From: Basidiobolus meristosporus CBS 931.73
Taxonomy: Eukaryota; Fungi; Basidiobolomycota
Assembly: GCA_002104905.1 (NCBI GenBank)
Contig: MCFE01000274.1
Span: 41,866-105,865 of the forward strand
Length of the DNA: 64,000 nt
Reading direction: 5' to 3'
Shown here: positions 12,532-24,644 of the stretch, one piece after another
Layout of the letters: every line of letters begins with the position of its first letter
Numbering within the stretch: the first letter of the stretch is position 1
Made by a program: the position numbers and the translations under genes
Notes under the pieces: model-generated
Databases searched by the model: none
Told to the model about the DNA's origin: nothing
Seen by the model: only the letters and a program-made list of their open reading frames with translations

Positions 12532-13605
12532 ATGTCACACATCGAAGCAGCAAACCAAGCCATCGAAAAAATCAAGCAGTTCGGCAACTCTCTTGATGGC
12601 TGGACCTTCCACTCCGAGAACAAGGGTATCAAAATCTACACCCAAGAGAAAGAGAAGGGCGCCATGCCGGCTGTTCGCGGCGAAGGCATCCTCGAAGGAT
12701 ACTCCGTTCACCAGATCGCAGCGGTTGCCGAGTCCATCGGTTGCAGGCCTTTGTGTAAGTAGCCTCCCGCTTTACCCCCGAGACACCTCCCCGGGTTTTA
12801 GTAACCAGATGTGTATTCTTTAGGGGACGGAAGATTCGGTGGGGCTGAGAGAATCGAATTCTTGGAGGATACCACTTTCGTCTTCTGGAACCTGAACAAG
12901 GGAACCTGGCCTGTTTCGTGAGTGGTCTATTCGGTTGGGAATGTGTCAGTTTCTCCGGACTTACCCTCACCCTCCTCCTTTTCACCTCTAGGGATCGCGA
13001 CCTTTGCGGTGTCTGCAAATACGAAACCTCTCCCGAAGGTGTCTATTACAGCGGTCTTACTTCCGTGGTGGACTCCCGTGTTCCCGAGAAGAAGGGGGCC
13101 GTCAGAGCCGATTTGCATATTGGCGGTTGGATCATCCAGAAAGAAGGGGAGAACTCGGTCAAAGCCACATACATCATCGATATCGATCTTAAAGGTAACA
13201 CACACACCACCTCCTCGGGACAGCATTGGCCGGTACTCATTCCTCCTTCCCCTAGGCTCCATCCCCGGACCTATTGTCCGCAAAGTGAGTGTCGATACAC
13301 CCTTGTGCGTCGCTTACGTCTTCGATTTCCTCAAGAAGTATGGCAACCCACCCTACTTGACCGGCCTCAAGGGTCACATCGAGAAAGAGAACTTCGTGCC
13401 CAAGGAAGGAAAATACGAAATCCAGGTGAAATCCGCCACATGCAAGGAACTCACCGTGGTTGTAGATAGCGAGAAAATGTACCCCAAGGGATGGAACATC
13501 CGCGTGTCACCCGAAACCGGGGCAGTGGTGGAGATTTCAGACAAGTTGGCCCATGTGAAATTCCTGGAGGATCAAGAGTATACCTTGACCGTTACCAGAA
13601 AGTAG
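12532..13605 (+). CDS. START/SRPBCC-domain lipid-binding protein, multi-exon
   Basis: W...E.KGIKIY, WD..F, WPVS.RD, VRA.LHIGGWII and TYIIDIDLKG|SIP motifs; introns at ~12756, ~12918 and ~13194. Confidence 0.8.
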
Positions 13606-13876
13606 AGCCACCCTGGTGGTCTTTTGAAGTGAATTTTGTGGCATTGAATGCTCGTGCATAGAGCTCATGAGCAACCCCCCCCCCTCTCACCACCATTTCG
13701 AGCATTAAACTTTTTTCGTGAACATGACGTCAATTCGGTCGAGCGTTTGGTTTATTGGAGATAAGGATGACGATGGAAGGGAGTCTAACGGGTTAGCCAG
13801 ATATCTATATTTTGGAATGTTGGGATCACATGTACAAGCACAAAGATGGAAGGGAAATCTACAAGGACATCCAATC

Positions 13877-14581
13877 TTAGCAAGCCAAGTCCTCCAGGGT
13901 CAGGATGAATTCGAACTCCTCCTTTTTCACCGGTTGTACGGAGAGTCGGCCTCTGTTGATGAGCGCCATCTGCGATAGCTCTGCAGCTTTGTAGCTTTGC
14001 AGTTCCTTGAGTGATATGAACCTTTTTAGAGTTCTCGCATACTTCACGTCGACCATATACCATTTGGGCTTCTCTGGGTCGGATTTTGGATCGTAGTAAG
14101 GATGCTTGGGATCAAAAGCCGTGTGGTCCACGTGACCCCCCTTGACTATTGTTGCTAGACCAGCTATTCCGGGAGTCTTGCAGTTGCTGTGATAGAAGAG
14201 CACACGATCACCAACCTTCATCTGATCTCGAAGAATGTTCCGCGCCTCGTAGTTCCGCACACCTTCCCAGCTTGAAGTCTGTTCGGGGCAGGCCTGTAAA
14301 TCGTCGATGCTGAATTTAACATCAATCCCCTTGACTAGTCGTGAGTTGGGCTCGGCCTTCATAAGCCAATATCTACACTCAGGCGTCTGGGTCGTCCCGT
14401 CTGTAGTTGGGCCATCAGCTGGGTTTGAGGACTCGAGTTTTTTGGTCCGGGTTCGTTTGGCCGGCTTTTCCTCCCCAGAGTTGCTTCTTTTCAAGCCAGA
14501 AGAAGCCAAAGGTTGGGTTTTTAAGGGCTGGCTTTGTTGGCGGCGAGTGGAGCGTCTTGGTAGCTCTTCATCAATCGACAT
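13877..14581 (-). CDS. EVE-domain protein (THYN1-like)
   Basis: YWLMKAEP...FSIDDL...WEGVRNYEARN..MKVGDRVLFYHSNCKTPGIAG; intronless 234 aa. Confidence 0.92.
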   Translation of the reverse strand: MSIDEELPRRSTRRQQSQPLKTQPLASSGLKRSNSGEEKPAKRTRTKKLESSNPADGPTTDGTTQTPECRYWLMKAEPNSRLVKGIDVKFSIDDLQACPEQTSSWEGVRNYEARNILRDQMKVGDRVLFYHSNCKTPGIAGLATIVKGGHVDHTAFDPKHPYYDPKSDPEKPKWYMVDVKYARTLKRFISLKELQSYKAAELSQMALINRGRLSVQPVKKEEFEFILTLEDLAC

Positions 14582-14843
14582 GATAGTAATCGGATAGGAA
14601 ACGTGGATCCACTCACAAGAAATACATACTTGTTTGTTTTCATCAAGTCAACCAATCGCATCCATTGACCAATCGTATCAAGGAGCTCAAACAAAGTCAC
14701 ATTCTAAAAAGGTCAAAATCGATGGCGGTGCACGTCGTTTGACAATGCAAGAGGACATGAAGCAAGGTTTGAGGTCTCTACACTTCATAAAGAGGTAAGG
14801 TTCGGTCACATCCTTCCTGATTTTAGAATTTAGAGCAAAGACA

Positions 14844-15293
14844 ATGCCCTGGTGCTTTTGTGCCAACGACCCGAAGGAGGACTCACTGATGCAAGGCCGA
14901 GGCATCTTCGTAGCGTTGCGCAATTTCCCCTCGGACCAAGAGAAGCAGAAAAGCTCATTTAGCAAGAATTCTCCACTATGCTTCTCCAAAGGCGACAGGA
15001 TCCAATTGGTCGAGAATCATGGCAAGTACATGGTGGGCTATGTCGAGAGCGACCCGTCCAAGACACTGGGGTGGTTTCCCAGTGATGCACTGGAATTTAT
15101 CAGTCAGAACAACCCTTTAGCGAACCCAATGAGTGCCGGCAAGCTTCAGGGTCACTATCTTAACGAGATTGTTGTAGAGCCGCTATCGCTAGAGATGTTC
15201 CGGTTCGACTTCAAGGCGGGTTCGGGGGGAAAGGAGGAGGCCAGATGTAACGAGGCTCCACCATGTATACCCGCCAAAGTCCTAATGCAGTAA
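14844..15293 (+). CDS. Small SH3-domain protein (possible extra 5' exon 14745-14794)
   Basis: VALRNF...LCFSKGDRIQL...GWFPSDALEFI fits the SH3 consensus; a 39-nt GT-AG intron (14795-14833) would join an upstream ATG in frame. Confidence 0.6.
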   Translation: MPWCFCANDPKEDSLMQGRGIFVALRNFPSDQEKQKSSFSKNSPLCFSKGDRIQLVENHGKYMVGYVESDPSKTLGWFPSDALEFISQNNPLANPMSAGKLQGHYLNEIVVEPLSLEMFRFDFKAGSGGKEEARCNEAPPCIPAKVLMQ

Positions 15294-16219
15294 AGACTTA
15301 TGTAACTAATGTAATATATTTCCAACCATTCTTCTAGGAAGTCGCTTTATATTCGGTATTCTAAAAATAAACAGTCTTGCATGCTCCTCTTATTGGTGAT
15401 CAATTGCAATTTGGTTTGTGCTACACCGTTGATATGAACTGTTGTACATTTTAACTATTGGATACGTTGTTTCTCACCCTGCGACAAGGTGTGGGTTGGA
15501 GGTTGGTAGCTCGTGGCTCGAGGTGGAGGAAACTTTAATTGCCAGATCTCGATCGCCTTGACTGGGGTGATATCACATTACATTGCTTCATAAGAGGGAT
15601 TGCAAGCTCGTGTGGACAATTCATTTCTGCCAGGCATATGCACTGATGTTGCTTCGGCCAGACAGACACTCCGGATGTATTAAGGTAGAGGCAATGGGGG
15701 AGGTGACACAGGCCAAGCAGGAGGTGATCCTTAAAAGTCTTAATTTCTGGCTCGACGGTTCAAATTAGCCCATTTACTAGTCAACTGAATTGGAGAAAGC
15801 ATAATTAAACCACACTCACCATTCTCCAACCGTCATCTCATCATCCCCTTCCCTACTGAACAACCCCCCCCCCAGAAAAATCTGCGCTACATTCCACACA
15901 GTAGTGCAGTAATGCGTGGAACCGGTAAAAAATCTTAGGGTGAATGTCGATTTCGTTATATCTCGTCTCTTGTTCGTTTCGTCAGCTCCAAACCATCCTT
16001 TCTCTCTCGTTTGCCAGGTCCCCAATTTACCCCTCCCTTCCAGATATTCACCTCAGCTGAGCTGAGCTGAATCCTTGAGATTTCCACTTTACCCATTTCC
16101 ACCCACGGTTGCAGAAATCCCCTCCCCACACCCAACCCCTAGTCTACCGGTTAGCCTTATACTGCTCCGACGCTTCTTTACCTAGTGTTGGTTAGTCCAG
16201 AGTATTTCGCATCTTTGCA

Positions 16220-19200
16220 ATGCTTCAACCGGACACTCCATTCATCAATCTGGAGCCGTGCACACCACGGGAGTTTTCCGACTCTGATGACGAGCTGTCG
16301 GAGTCCGGACAAAGCTTCGAGATGGAGCTGACCGAGTTCCCAGGTTACTCGGAGGTTTCCTCCAGTCAAAATACCCCGCAACCTTCAGTCAAGCGATTCC
16401 GAAGCTTTTCGGCCAGTAAGCTGGCCATACCAGTCAAGTTCTCCGCAGAGGCCCAGATCCGAGAGCTGGAGGCCAAGCTGGTGGAGAAAGAGAACGAGGT
16501 GTTGTTGGCGGCGGATATCGGCCAGGTCTTATTGAAAGAGATCGATAGCTTAAAACATAAAGTGGCCGCCTACGAGCATAGCAAGCCCGCTGACGATCTT
16601 AGCCAGGAAATCGAAATCAACAACACTGAAACGGTGCAGAAGCTTCGTTCGTTTCGTGTGGAGGCGGAGATATATACCTCCTCCTTCAAGGAAAAAACCC
16701 CCAAGATCCCTGGAAGTCCTTACACCCCTGGGCGTCGAATGGATCGCTCGGGAACTCCAGGTCTATTGCCCATCAACGAAAATGACCCTGATCTGACGGT
16801 GCTTCCACCCTCAGCATTGTTGCCTAGCAAGAATAGCACCAGCACGTTGCATAGTGAGATTAGCAAAGCGGTTGAGTCCGGAGAGAACCTGATGAAGCTC
16901 TCGAGGCAACTGCAGACCAAGCTGCTCGATGCCGAAAGGGAATCGCTCAATCTCGCTGAACGATGCTCTGAACAGGACCGCCAAATTGCCGCATTGAAGA
17001 TCCAGGTAGCTCGTGGCGCTGAGAATGAAGGTAAGCGATGGAATTCCTCGGATTTCCAAAATGGTCGGGATAATTTAGATTTTGCCTTTTTATAGCCAAA
17101 TCCCAGGAGAATACCTGGAATCTAGAACTCCAAAATCAAGAGCTTCAAACCCAGGTGGATGAGCTGGAGCAGGTGGTACAGAAAGTGACCAGTGATCAGG
17201 GGAGACTTCAGGAGTCGCTTCTGGTAGCTCGGGAAACGATCGATCAGCTAAATCTCAAAGAAGAGAAGCTGAACCAAACTCTGGAACGAACCAAAACTCG
17301 CCACGAGCAGGAGATCATCGGGATTCGAAAGATGATCGGTAATCTCCAACGAGAAAAGGCGGAGCTCAGCAAAAAGAATGAGGAACTCAAACTTGAACTC
17401 TCCGGAAGAACTCAAAGAGCAGGTGGAAGACCATTGGGTGGCTCTACGCCCATTCTTGAGCCCGCCGCTTCTGGCATAGACTCTCCATTCGAACTATCTG
17501 ACGCATTTGAGCTCCCTCCTGCCCGCTCGCCGTCCCCCTCTCCATTTTCTGCCCCTTCCAGTGGTCAGACACTTCAGGTCGAGACATTGACCGGATCCTT
17601 AGGGCATGCCCATAGAACCATTGCCAACCTTCGATCCTCCCTCCACCGCGAGAAAATCGAGAAGATGGAAATGAAGAAGATGCTGGTTGAATCGCAGGAG
17701 ACGGTAGAGGCGTTGCAGAGCGAGTTCATGTGGGAGAGTGAGGATATGGATAAGGTCATGAAGAACGTTCATCGATCAGTCAGAAAGAAGATGCGTCGAA
17801 GGAAGACTCACATGCGCCAAGTGGTCACGAAATCTGAGCTTTTCGGTGATGATGTTGAAGTGGTCGTTGGAAGTCCGGAAGATATACTGAAGGACAGAGC
17901 CGATCTTAGTGAAGGGTCGAGTCCCTCCACAGAAGAGGACTTGTCGGAGTTCTCTATGGATTCCGGAGCAGAGAAGGTTTCTGATAATGAACATCGCCAA
18001 TCAAGCGACTCCCCGCGGACACCCGTACCTAATAGATCAACCACTCCAACTGGTAGTCCTCCAGGTACCATGAAAAAATGGACACCTTCTCGAAACCCCT
18101 TAGCCAGACGCTCTACTCTAAATCCCATGCCCAGCCGCGACTTGCTCAACGAGCTGACAATGTTTGACCGCCAGCCAAAGATCGAGGAGGGCTCGGAAAA
18201 GGTGGACATAAGCACCCAGACTACCGAGGCTACAGATGGGCATGAGAGCCATGACCAAGGGGTTCAAGTTGAGCTATTGGATTTAGAAACCACACGCGGC
18301 TTATGTACTGAGTGTGGCTCAACAGTCGATATCATCTATCTCCTATCTTCTAAAGTCGCCGAAGCATCTGCAGTCCTGAGCACGCCTGAAGATCAAGAGG
18401 ATAATCTGTCGACTCCGGAATCCTTCAAACCAGACAGTGCTGCTCCGTCCATGGTCAGCGAAACCCAAGCCTCTACAATACCTCAGAGTATTGTAGATCA
18501 ACCACTTTTTGAGAATGAGGAGCTAGACCGCGAAATTGAAAGCAGCAAGGTGGCGTCGTCTGAACCTCAAGCAAACGAGAGTCGAGCGGGCACATGTACC
18601 CTCGAGATGAACAGCGATGTGCTTGAAGTGCCTGTCGCTGCTGAACTTGAAGAAAATCGCCAAACCATCAATACGGATAGCTTGGAAGTTCAACAGAACG
18701 AAGATGCTTCAGCTAACATTTCCAGTGCCCCTCAGACAACTGGAGAAAAGGATCTCACTGAGCACTCCAAAGGCCAAAGCCCAAATGTCAGTAACCTCCC
18801 TGGGCCCTCACAGAGCACCCGTAAGTCCATTTGCTTTTGCTAGTACGAGATCCACAATATTGATTTGACCAGTCCCCTTCTTAGACGCAATGGCCAACGT
18901 GGAGGCTGAAAGCGATGCGGAAGCAAAACGCATCCCTACCCGCCCGCTCATGTGGACCGATAGCCCAAAGGTGCGCAAGTCCATTGAAAGCGATCGACAG
19001 GCTTTCTATCCATCCGAGACGGACTTGGAAAGCAGTCAAAGTGCCGAGGTTGAAGACAAAGAGGTGGAAACCACACCGACAAAAGAGCGCCACGTCGCTG
19101 CTAGAATATCAGCGGTGAAGCCCCGTACCAGTGTCGAGAAGCCAACACTTTCCTCGCCGCTTTCCCGGGAGAACAGTCTGAACCAGTCGATGGTTGACAG

Positions 19201-20731
19201 TGAGCTGGACGATAGCGATATCCCTGATCACGCCCTTCACAGGATCTCCCCCCGGATCTCCGCCGTCAAATCCCGTCCATCCCAAGACATCATTCGCGCG
19301 GCCATGGACAAGTATGGAAGCCCACTCAAATCGTCTGGCACCGGGACTGATATCGAGAGCGAAGAAGACCCCGTTGCCATCCAGTTTTCGGAGGTCGCCA
19401 CGCAGGTCTCCGGAAACAGTGACTCGGAAGCGCCACTGCAATGCGACGTAGGCACGCAGACGGATGACATCAGCAAGCTGCATGTTCTTCCTGAATCTAA
19501 CGGCGGGGTATTTTATTCACCACTGCGCCCGACAACCCCACCTCCCCCTGGACTGATTGCGCGCTCCTTGAGTCCAGTTAGAGTGGATCGATCTTCGCTG
19601 AGAATAGCTGACGAGGTGGACCTTGGAAAGAATCCTGAGGTCTACCACCAGGCAGCCAACCACAGGAGACCACCCATTCCAGTGGCCATGCTCTTCGGGG
19701 GAACACCCACTCCCCGGGGGGCATCTCAATCCAGAACGCTGAGTCACAGACGCCATTCGGATGGAGAATCGGAAGCGGTGATATCGGAGAGTAGCACGAA
19801 GCGGTACCAGACTGTCACGTCGTATCCCGGGAGAAGAACGAAGGAAACCGCCCCCTCGTTCGGTTCGCCAACGGTCTGGCCCAGTCGGCCATTCTCAGCC
19901 ATTACCCCCAGAGGAATGGACACGTTCTCCTCCTCAATCACCGACTCCAGCTTCACTGCAGATGAGGAAAGCTGGGGAGACCAGCGTCGTACCTTCTCGG
20001 CAGACCCGGCAATCATCCATGCCATCACCCAGGCCATGATCGGCAATTTCATGTGGAAGTACACCCGGCGAGTGATCGGGGGCGGGATTAGCGAGAAGAA
20101 GCACATGCGGTACTTCTGGATCCACCCTTATGCGAAGACCATCAACTGGAGTACAGAGCAGCCAGGCCCCGACCGGGTCGTCAACCGAGTCGGTAGCAAA
20201 TCCAAGTCGGCCTATATCCGATCCATCCGCGTGGTGCAGGATACCGGATCCACCACGGACCTGACCAGCACCGAGTTCAGTCTGGTCATCCAAACGGCGA
20301 CCAGGGAGCTGAAGATCAAGGCACTGAAGCGCGAGAAGCACGATATCTGGCTTCTGGCCCTGACCTATCTGCAAAGTCGTCAGACCATGTCCCCCTCAAT
20401 CACCCAGAAAAGTCTCCAGAGTCCACAATTAGGCGAGGCCGACCCGGAGAAAACCCCGCAGAGAAGAACCCTCCTGTCGGTCGCCTCTACGGTGCAAAGC
20501 AACTTGTCGCCATTAACTCGCAGTGTCTCCAAGAAGCATAGTCTCGGGAGATTGTTCAAGAAGCCCAGCAAGTCCACGCTCGCCTCACCAATCCCTGACG
20601 TCCGTAAGCTAGAGGAGGAGGAGGATGGCCAGGATCTCGAAATGAACGAGGATGTTCGAAAGTGTTGCCACGGTAAACACGACATCGGCAAACTGGATGC
20701 CAAGTCCACACTCGGCAGCCACATAATCTAG
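16220..20731 (+). CDS. NUM1: Num1/Mcp5/ApsA-like cortical dynein anchor (N-terminal coiled coil, C-terminal PH domain)
   Basis: Three exons (introns ~17031-17095 and ~18821-18884); coiled coil; AITQAMIGNFMWKYTRR...RYFWIHPY..TINWS Mcp5-type PH domain. Confidence 0.8.
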
Positions 20732-21172
20732 ATAGGGGGCTCCCGCCGATGGGCACGGCTCCGCCCGACGAACGTCCCATAGACGGGACAAGCAACCGGA
20801 CTTCCCTTCCAAGCTCCACATCTACTGTAACATATAATTGACACCACCCAAATAATATCCCTGATATGCACCAAAATACCGTTTGATCCTCGGGATGGTG
20901 AACACAAACCCATTTTGCCCCTTCTAATTTCCCCAGTTTCCCTAGTTTATTTCTAAAGTATTTCTGATTAAAGATATCCAAACTTTCATGGCCAAGAGGT
21001 CGTGTGGTAGAGCGGGTGGCGGGTGCAGTGCAATCTAATTGGGTGAACGAGCACATGAACCCACATACGCTTCCTTGGAACCGGGTTTTTTATGAATCAT
21101 TAGTCAAAAAGAAAATGGTCTATTTACAGGAGGGAGGGTGCTAAGGAAAGGGTGGCAATGGATACTGGGAGA

Positions 21173-24100
21173 TTAGCATGCGGTGTTCGCGTTTCGCACA
21201 AACGGGTGGTTCAGAAGCTCCTCGGCGGTAGGTCGAAGACTCAATTCACTAAGGGAGTTGGTTAGGTTACGCTGCTGGGTACCAAAGGCCACTCAAGACT
21301 TACATCTCAAACGTCTTCTTCAGGAAATCCTTGGCCTCGTCCGATATATTCTCCGGAACATCCGGGGCGATGTTTCTCCCGATCTGCGCGGAGAACCCGG
21401 TCAATGGATTGTGGTGGTGAGCATCGGGATGAATCGAAGTGAAACTTACTTGGAAGATGGCTTGCATCTGGGATGAGGCCGGAAACGGGTGCTCCCCTGT
21501 GAACATCTCTATAACTAAGCATCCAAGACTCCTTGAAGTAGATTAGCACTGCATCCGGTCCATGCTTGTTACGGCTACTTTACCAGATGTCTGCCTTCTT
21601 AGTATAGTGCGTATTCTTCACAACCTCTGGAGACATCCAAAACACTGACCCTGCGAGGTGGGGTTAGGCCCGAGCATGGCTTGATGTGTGGTGAAGTTAG
21701 CATTCGCTTACCCTGAAGGGAGGCTCGAGCATTTGGCACAGGAGCGTTGATATCCGCTAGTGAGGATTGTCAGCGAAGCTAGAAAGCAACTATACAAACT
21801 GCCGAGCTTACATGCTTCAGTCTTCTTGGAGATCCCGAAATCGGAGATTTTAACACATCCTTTGTTGTCCACCAGAATATTCCCCCCCTTGATGTCTATT
21901 GAATCGGTGTAAGTTCAACGTCCGGGCCGAGCAAATCTCCCTGCATACCTCTATGGATGATGCCTCTGCCATGAAGGTAATTCAAGCCCATCAGTATCTG
22001 TCGAACAAACGAGCGGACCAGAGTCTCTTCAAAGGCATTGCCGAATTTCTCAAGCAAGGCTGCCACCGATCCGCCAGGCACGTACTCTAGGAAAATGTTG
22101 AGGTGCTCCTCATCCATCTGAGAGCCTATTTGAGCAGTATACTTGATTAGGGTTTTGCGGGGGTGGCACGTGTCGAGCGTTTCAACTTGCCTAGGTATCT
22201 GACGATGTTTGGGTGTTTCAAATCTTTAAGCAGAGATATCTCGTGTTGCAGAGCCTCCAACTGTAAAAGATTCGCTATTAGTCGTCGCAAGAGAAACATC
22301 AATGATGGGTGTTTACCATGGTAATCTTTCTCTCTTCATTTCCGCCATCGTTTTTCGGGAGCTCGACCTGTTTGACAGCCATCAATTCACCGCTAAACGG
22401 ATTGAGACCGAGATAGACATTGCCAAATGAACCGGTTCCGATAAGTGCGCCACGGATCCACTTGTCAGGGTAACCTGGTCAGAAGTTAGGAACACGCACA
22501 CTACTCGAGCACGAGTCCAGACCTTACCTTTGGAGCTAAACGGGCTAGCGGGTTTTTCATCGATGGGAGGAACTGCCGACTCCACCACGGGCGCCTCATC
22601 GATACTGGTGGTGCTCTTTGTTTCTTCCTTGGCAAGCGTTTCTTCAACTTCGTTGCTGAGTTGTGTTGGTATGCCAGATTGTCGGAGTTTTGCCTTCGAG
22701 TAGCGGACCTTTCCATCGTACACCTCCAGCATATGACTCTCGTGTTCTGGGAAGAATTTGCCCAGATTCATGGAAATCAGCTCCGATGGTGGTCTTTCCC
22801 CAAAGATCTTTCTTAGCTTCGTGTGTGTATTGTTGGTGGGCGGTCTTTCGCCAAAGAAATTCTCTAATTTGCGGATGGTGTGCTTCAGAGTACCCTGTCT
22901 CTTGAAGTCATCGTGGCGTAGCGGTTGATGGATCTTGCGCAAGATAAGTCGCTCACGTTCCGGTCGATCCGGGCTTTTACAAATGGCCATCAACTCCTGG
23001 TCAGTCACGATCCGGGCTAGAAATCAGCATCAGTGAATAATGCAAGAACCTCAGCACCATGTGTAACAATGTACCACCAACCTGCACCTGTGTCACTAAA
23101 TACGGTGAAAATGGTGTACTTCTCGGTATCGTCGACGATGTTGAACTTATGCAGTATTTTGGCCATGATCCCTGAGGCCTCATGGACATCTTGCAAATTG
23201 ACTACTCGCGTCTGACCATCATCACCAAATACACGCACACAATGCTAGCCATTTCCGAGTTCAATCACGGTTTTGCTTACAAGTCAATGATTCGGCCAAC
23301 TTACCTGTTTTACTGCATCGACTGACATGACATCCGTGCTGGCGAAGGTCTGCTTAATTATTGCTAAGCGGGCAATACTTGGGCTGCAATAAGCGGTTCT
23401 TCACTTACCTTATTGCTATATACACTCGGGCTAATACTAGAGGCGTATGTGTCGGTCTCGGATCTTTTACCTTCAGGAGCAAACTGGACCGTTTTCGCTT
23501 CGTTCTTTCTCGGTGGGCCTACACCTGGGGCCCTTTCTTCAGGAAGGTCTTCTTTTTGGTACTTCTCAGGCGCAGTGTCTCCAATCAGAATTAAGCCGTC
23601 CCTCATCCCATGATTATACGTGTTGGATTTGTCCTAATGCAAGAGCCCATGAGTCCCGCTGAAATGCGATCCCGCTAGCAAACCTAGAGGGACTTACTGC
23701 CTCGGCTTCAGAAGTACCATTGGTCCAAAGTTTTTTGAGACCTCTAATGGCAGTCAATATTCTAACCCTTTCTCCTACTGTGTTGATATGAAGCTCTTTG
23801 AGAGTTTCGTGACTGAGATCTAAAAGAGCCTCGCCATTGATATCGTTTTCTGAGGAAAGGAGCTAGCGTAAGTCTGACTGGCTGACTGAGTGCAATCGTG
23901 TGCACATAGTAGGTACCTGAAAAGATCTGCTTGTATTGGCCAAGGTTATTGTCATGGAGCCATTCGGCTACCTGGCTTTCAGTCCAGTGCGAAACTTTTT
24001 CTCGAAGCGCGGGTTGATTGAACGATACGAAGGAGGGGGATATGCTGACAGGAAAGTCAGAGGTTTTCAATAGTGCGGGCGAGAGAATAGGCTCAAGCAT
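21173..24100 (-). CDS. STE11: Ste11/Byr2-like MAPKKK (SAM + Ras-association + kinase), multi-exon
   Basis: SAM ([10 protein letters not shown]...LGQY), RA-like ([13 protein letters not shown]), [14 protein letters not shown]|[32 protein letters not shown]. Confidence 0.9.
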
Positions 24101-24644
24101 TCTAAGAATCTAGGTCAAGGAAGTTGGTTGAATGTCACACAGCGAAACCCTCGAAGTAGGTTGGCTTGTGTATGCACCGATATGGGTGATCGTACTGTAA
24201 AGGGAATGATTTGCTAGAAAGATTTGCCTTGAAATTCAATCATGAAAATCGCCAAGCAAATAGGAAGGTGAGGTCAGAGAGGCATATTTGAATCGGATGG
24301 CTACACAATAACCTCAACGCTGATTGAGAGCATAATGGGAATGCTACACTGTGGCTGTACAATGGCTGGAGAACCCATGGCCCTGCTCGAGCTACGATGT
24401 TTGAAAGTGCCCGAGACAAACATCAGATGGATTGTTGGCCAGGGATTTATGCAACGGGGAGTTTGACCAAGTTGTCTCGTGCAGCATTACTCTACATCAA
24501 GCGAGGCTCCATTTATTGCGGAAAATACATGCTGAAATGCACTAGTGATGGATAGTGATGGATAGCTGTAAAGATACATGCTGAAATATACTAATGATGG
24601 AAAGCCGTTATGCCGCAGCCGTTATGTCGAAATACACTGCGAAT

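Noticed and set aside
24520-24640. Short direct repeats (atacatgctgaaat, agtgatggat, agccgttatg) and a 12-mer duplication near 29295
   Set aside because: Small slippage-type duplications with no evidence of function.
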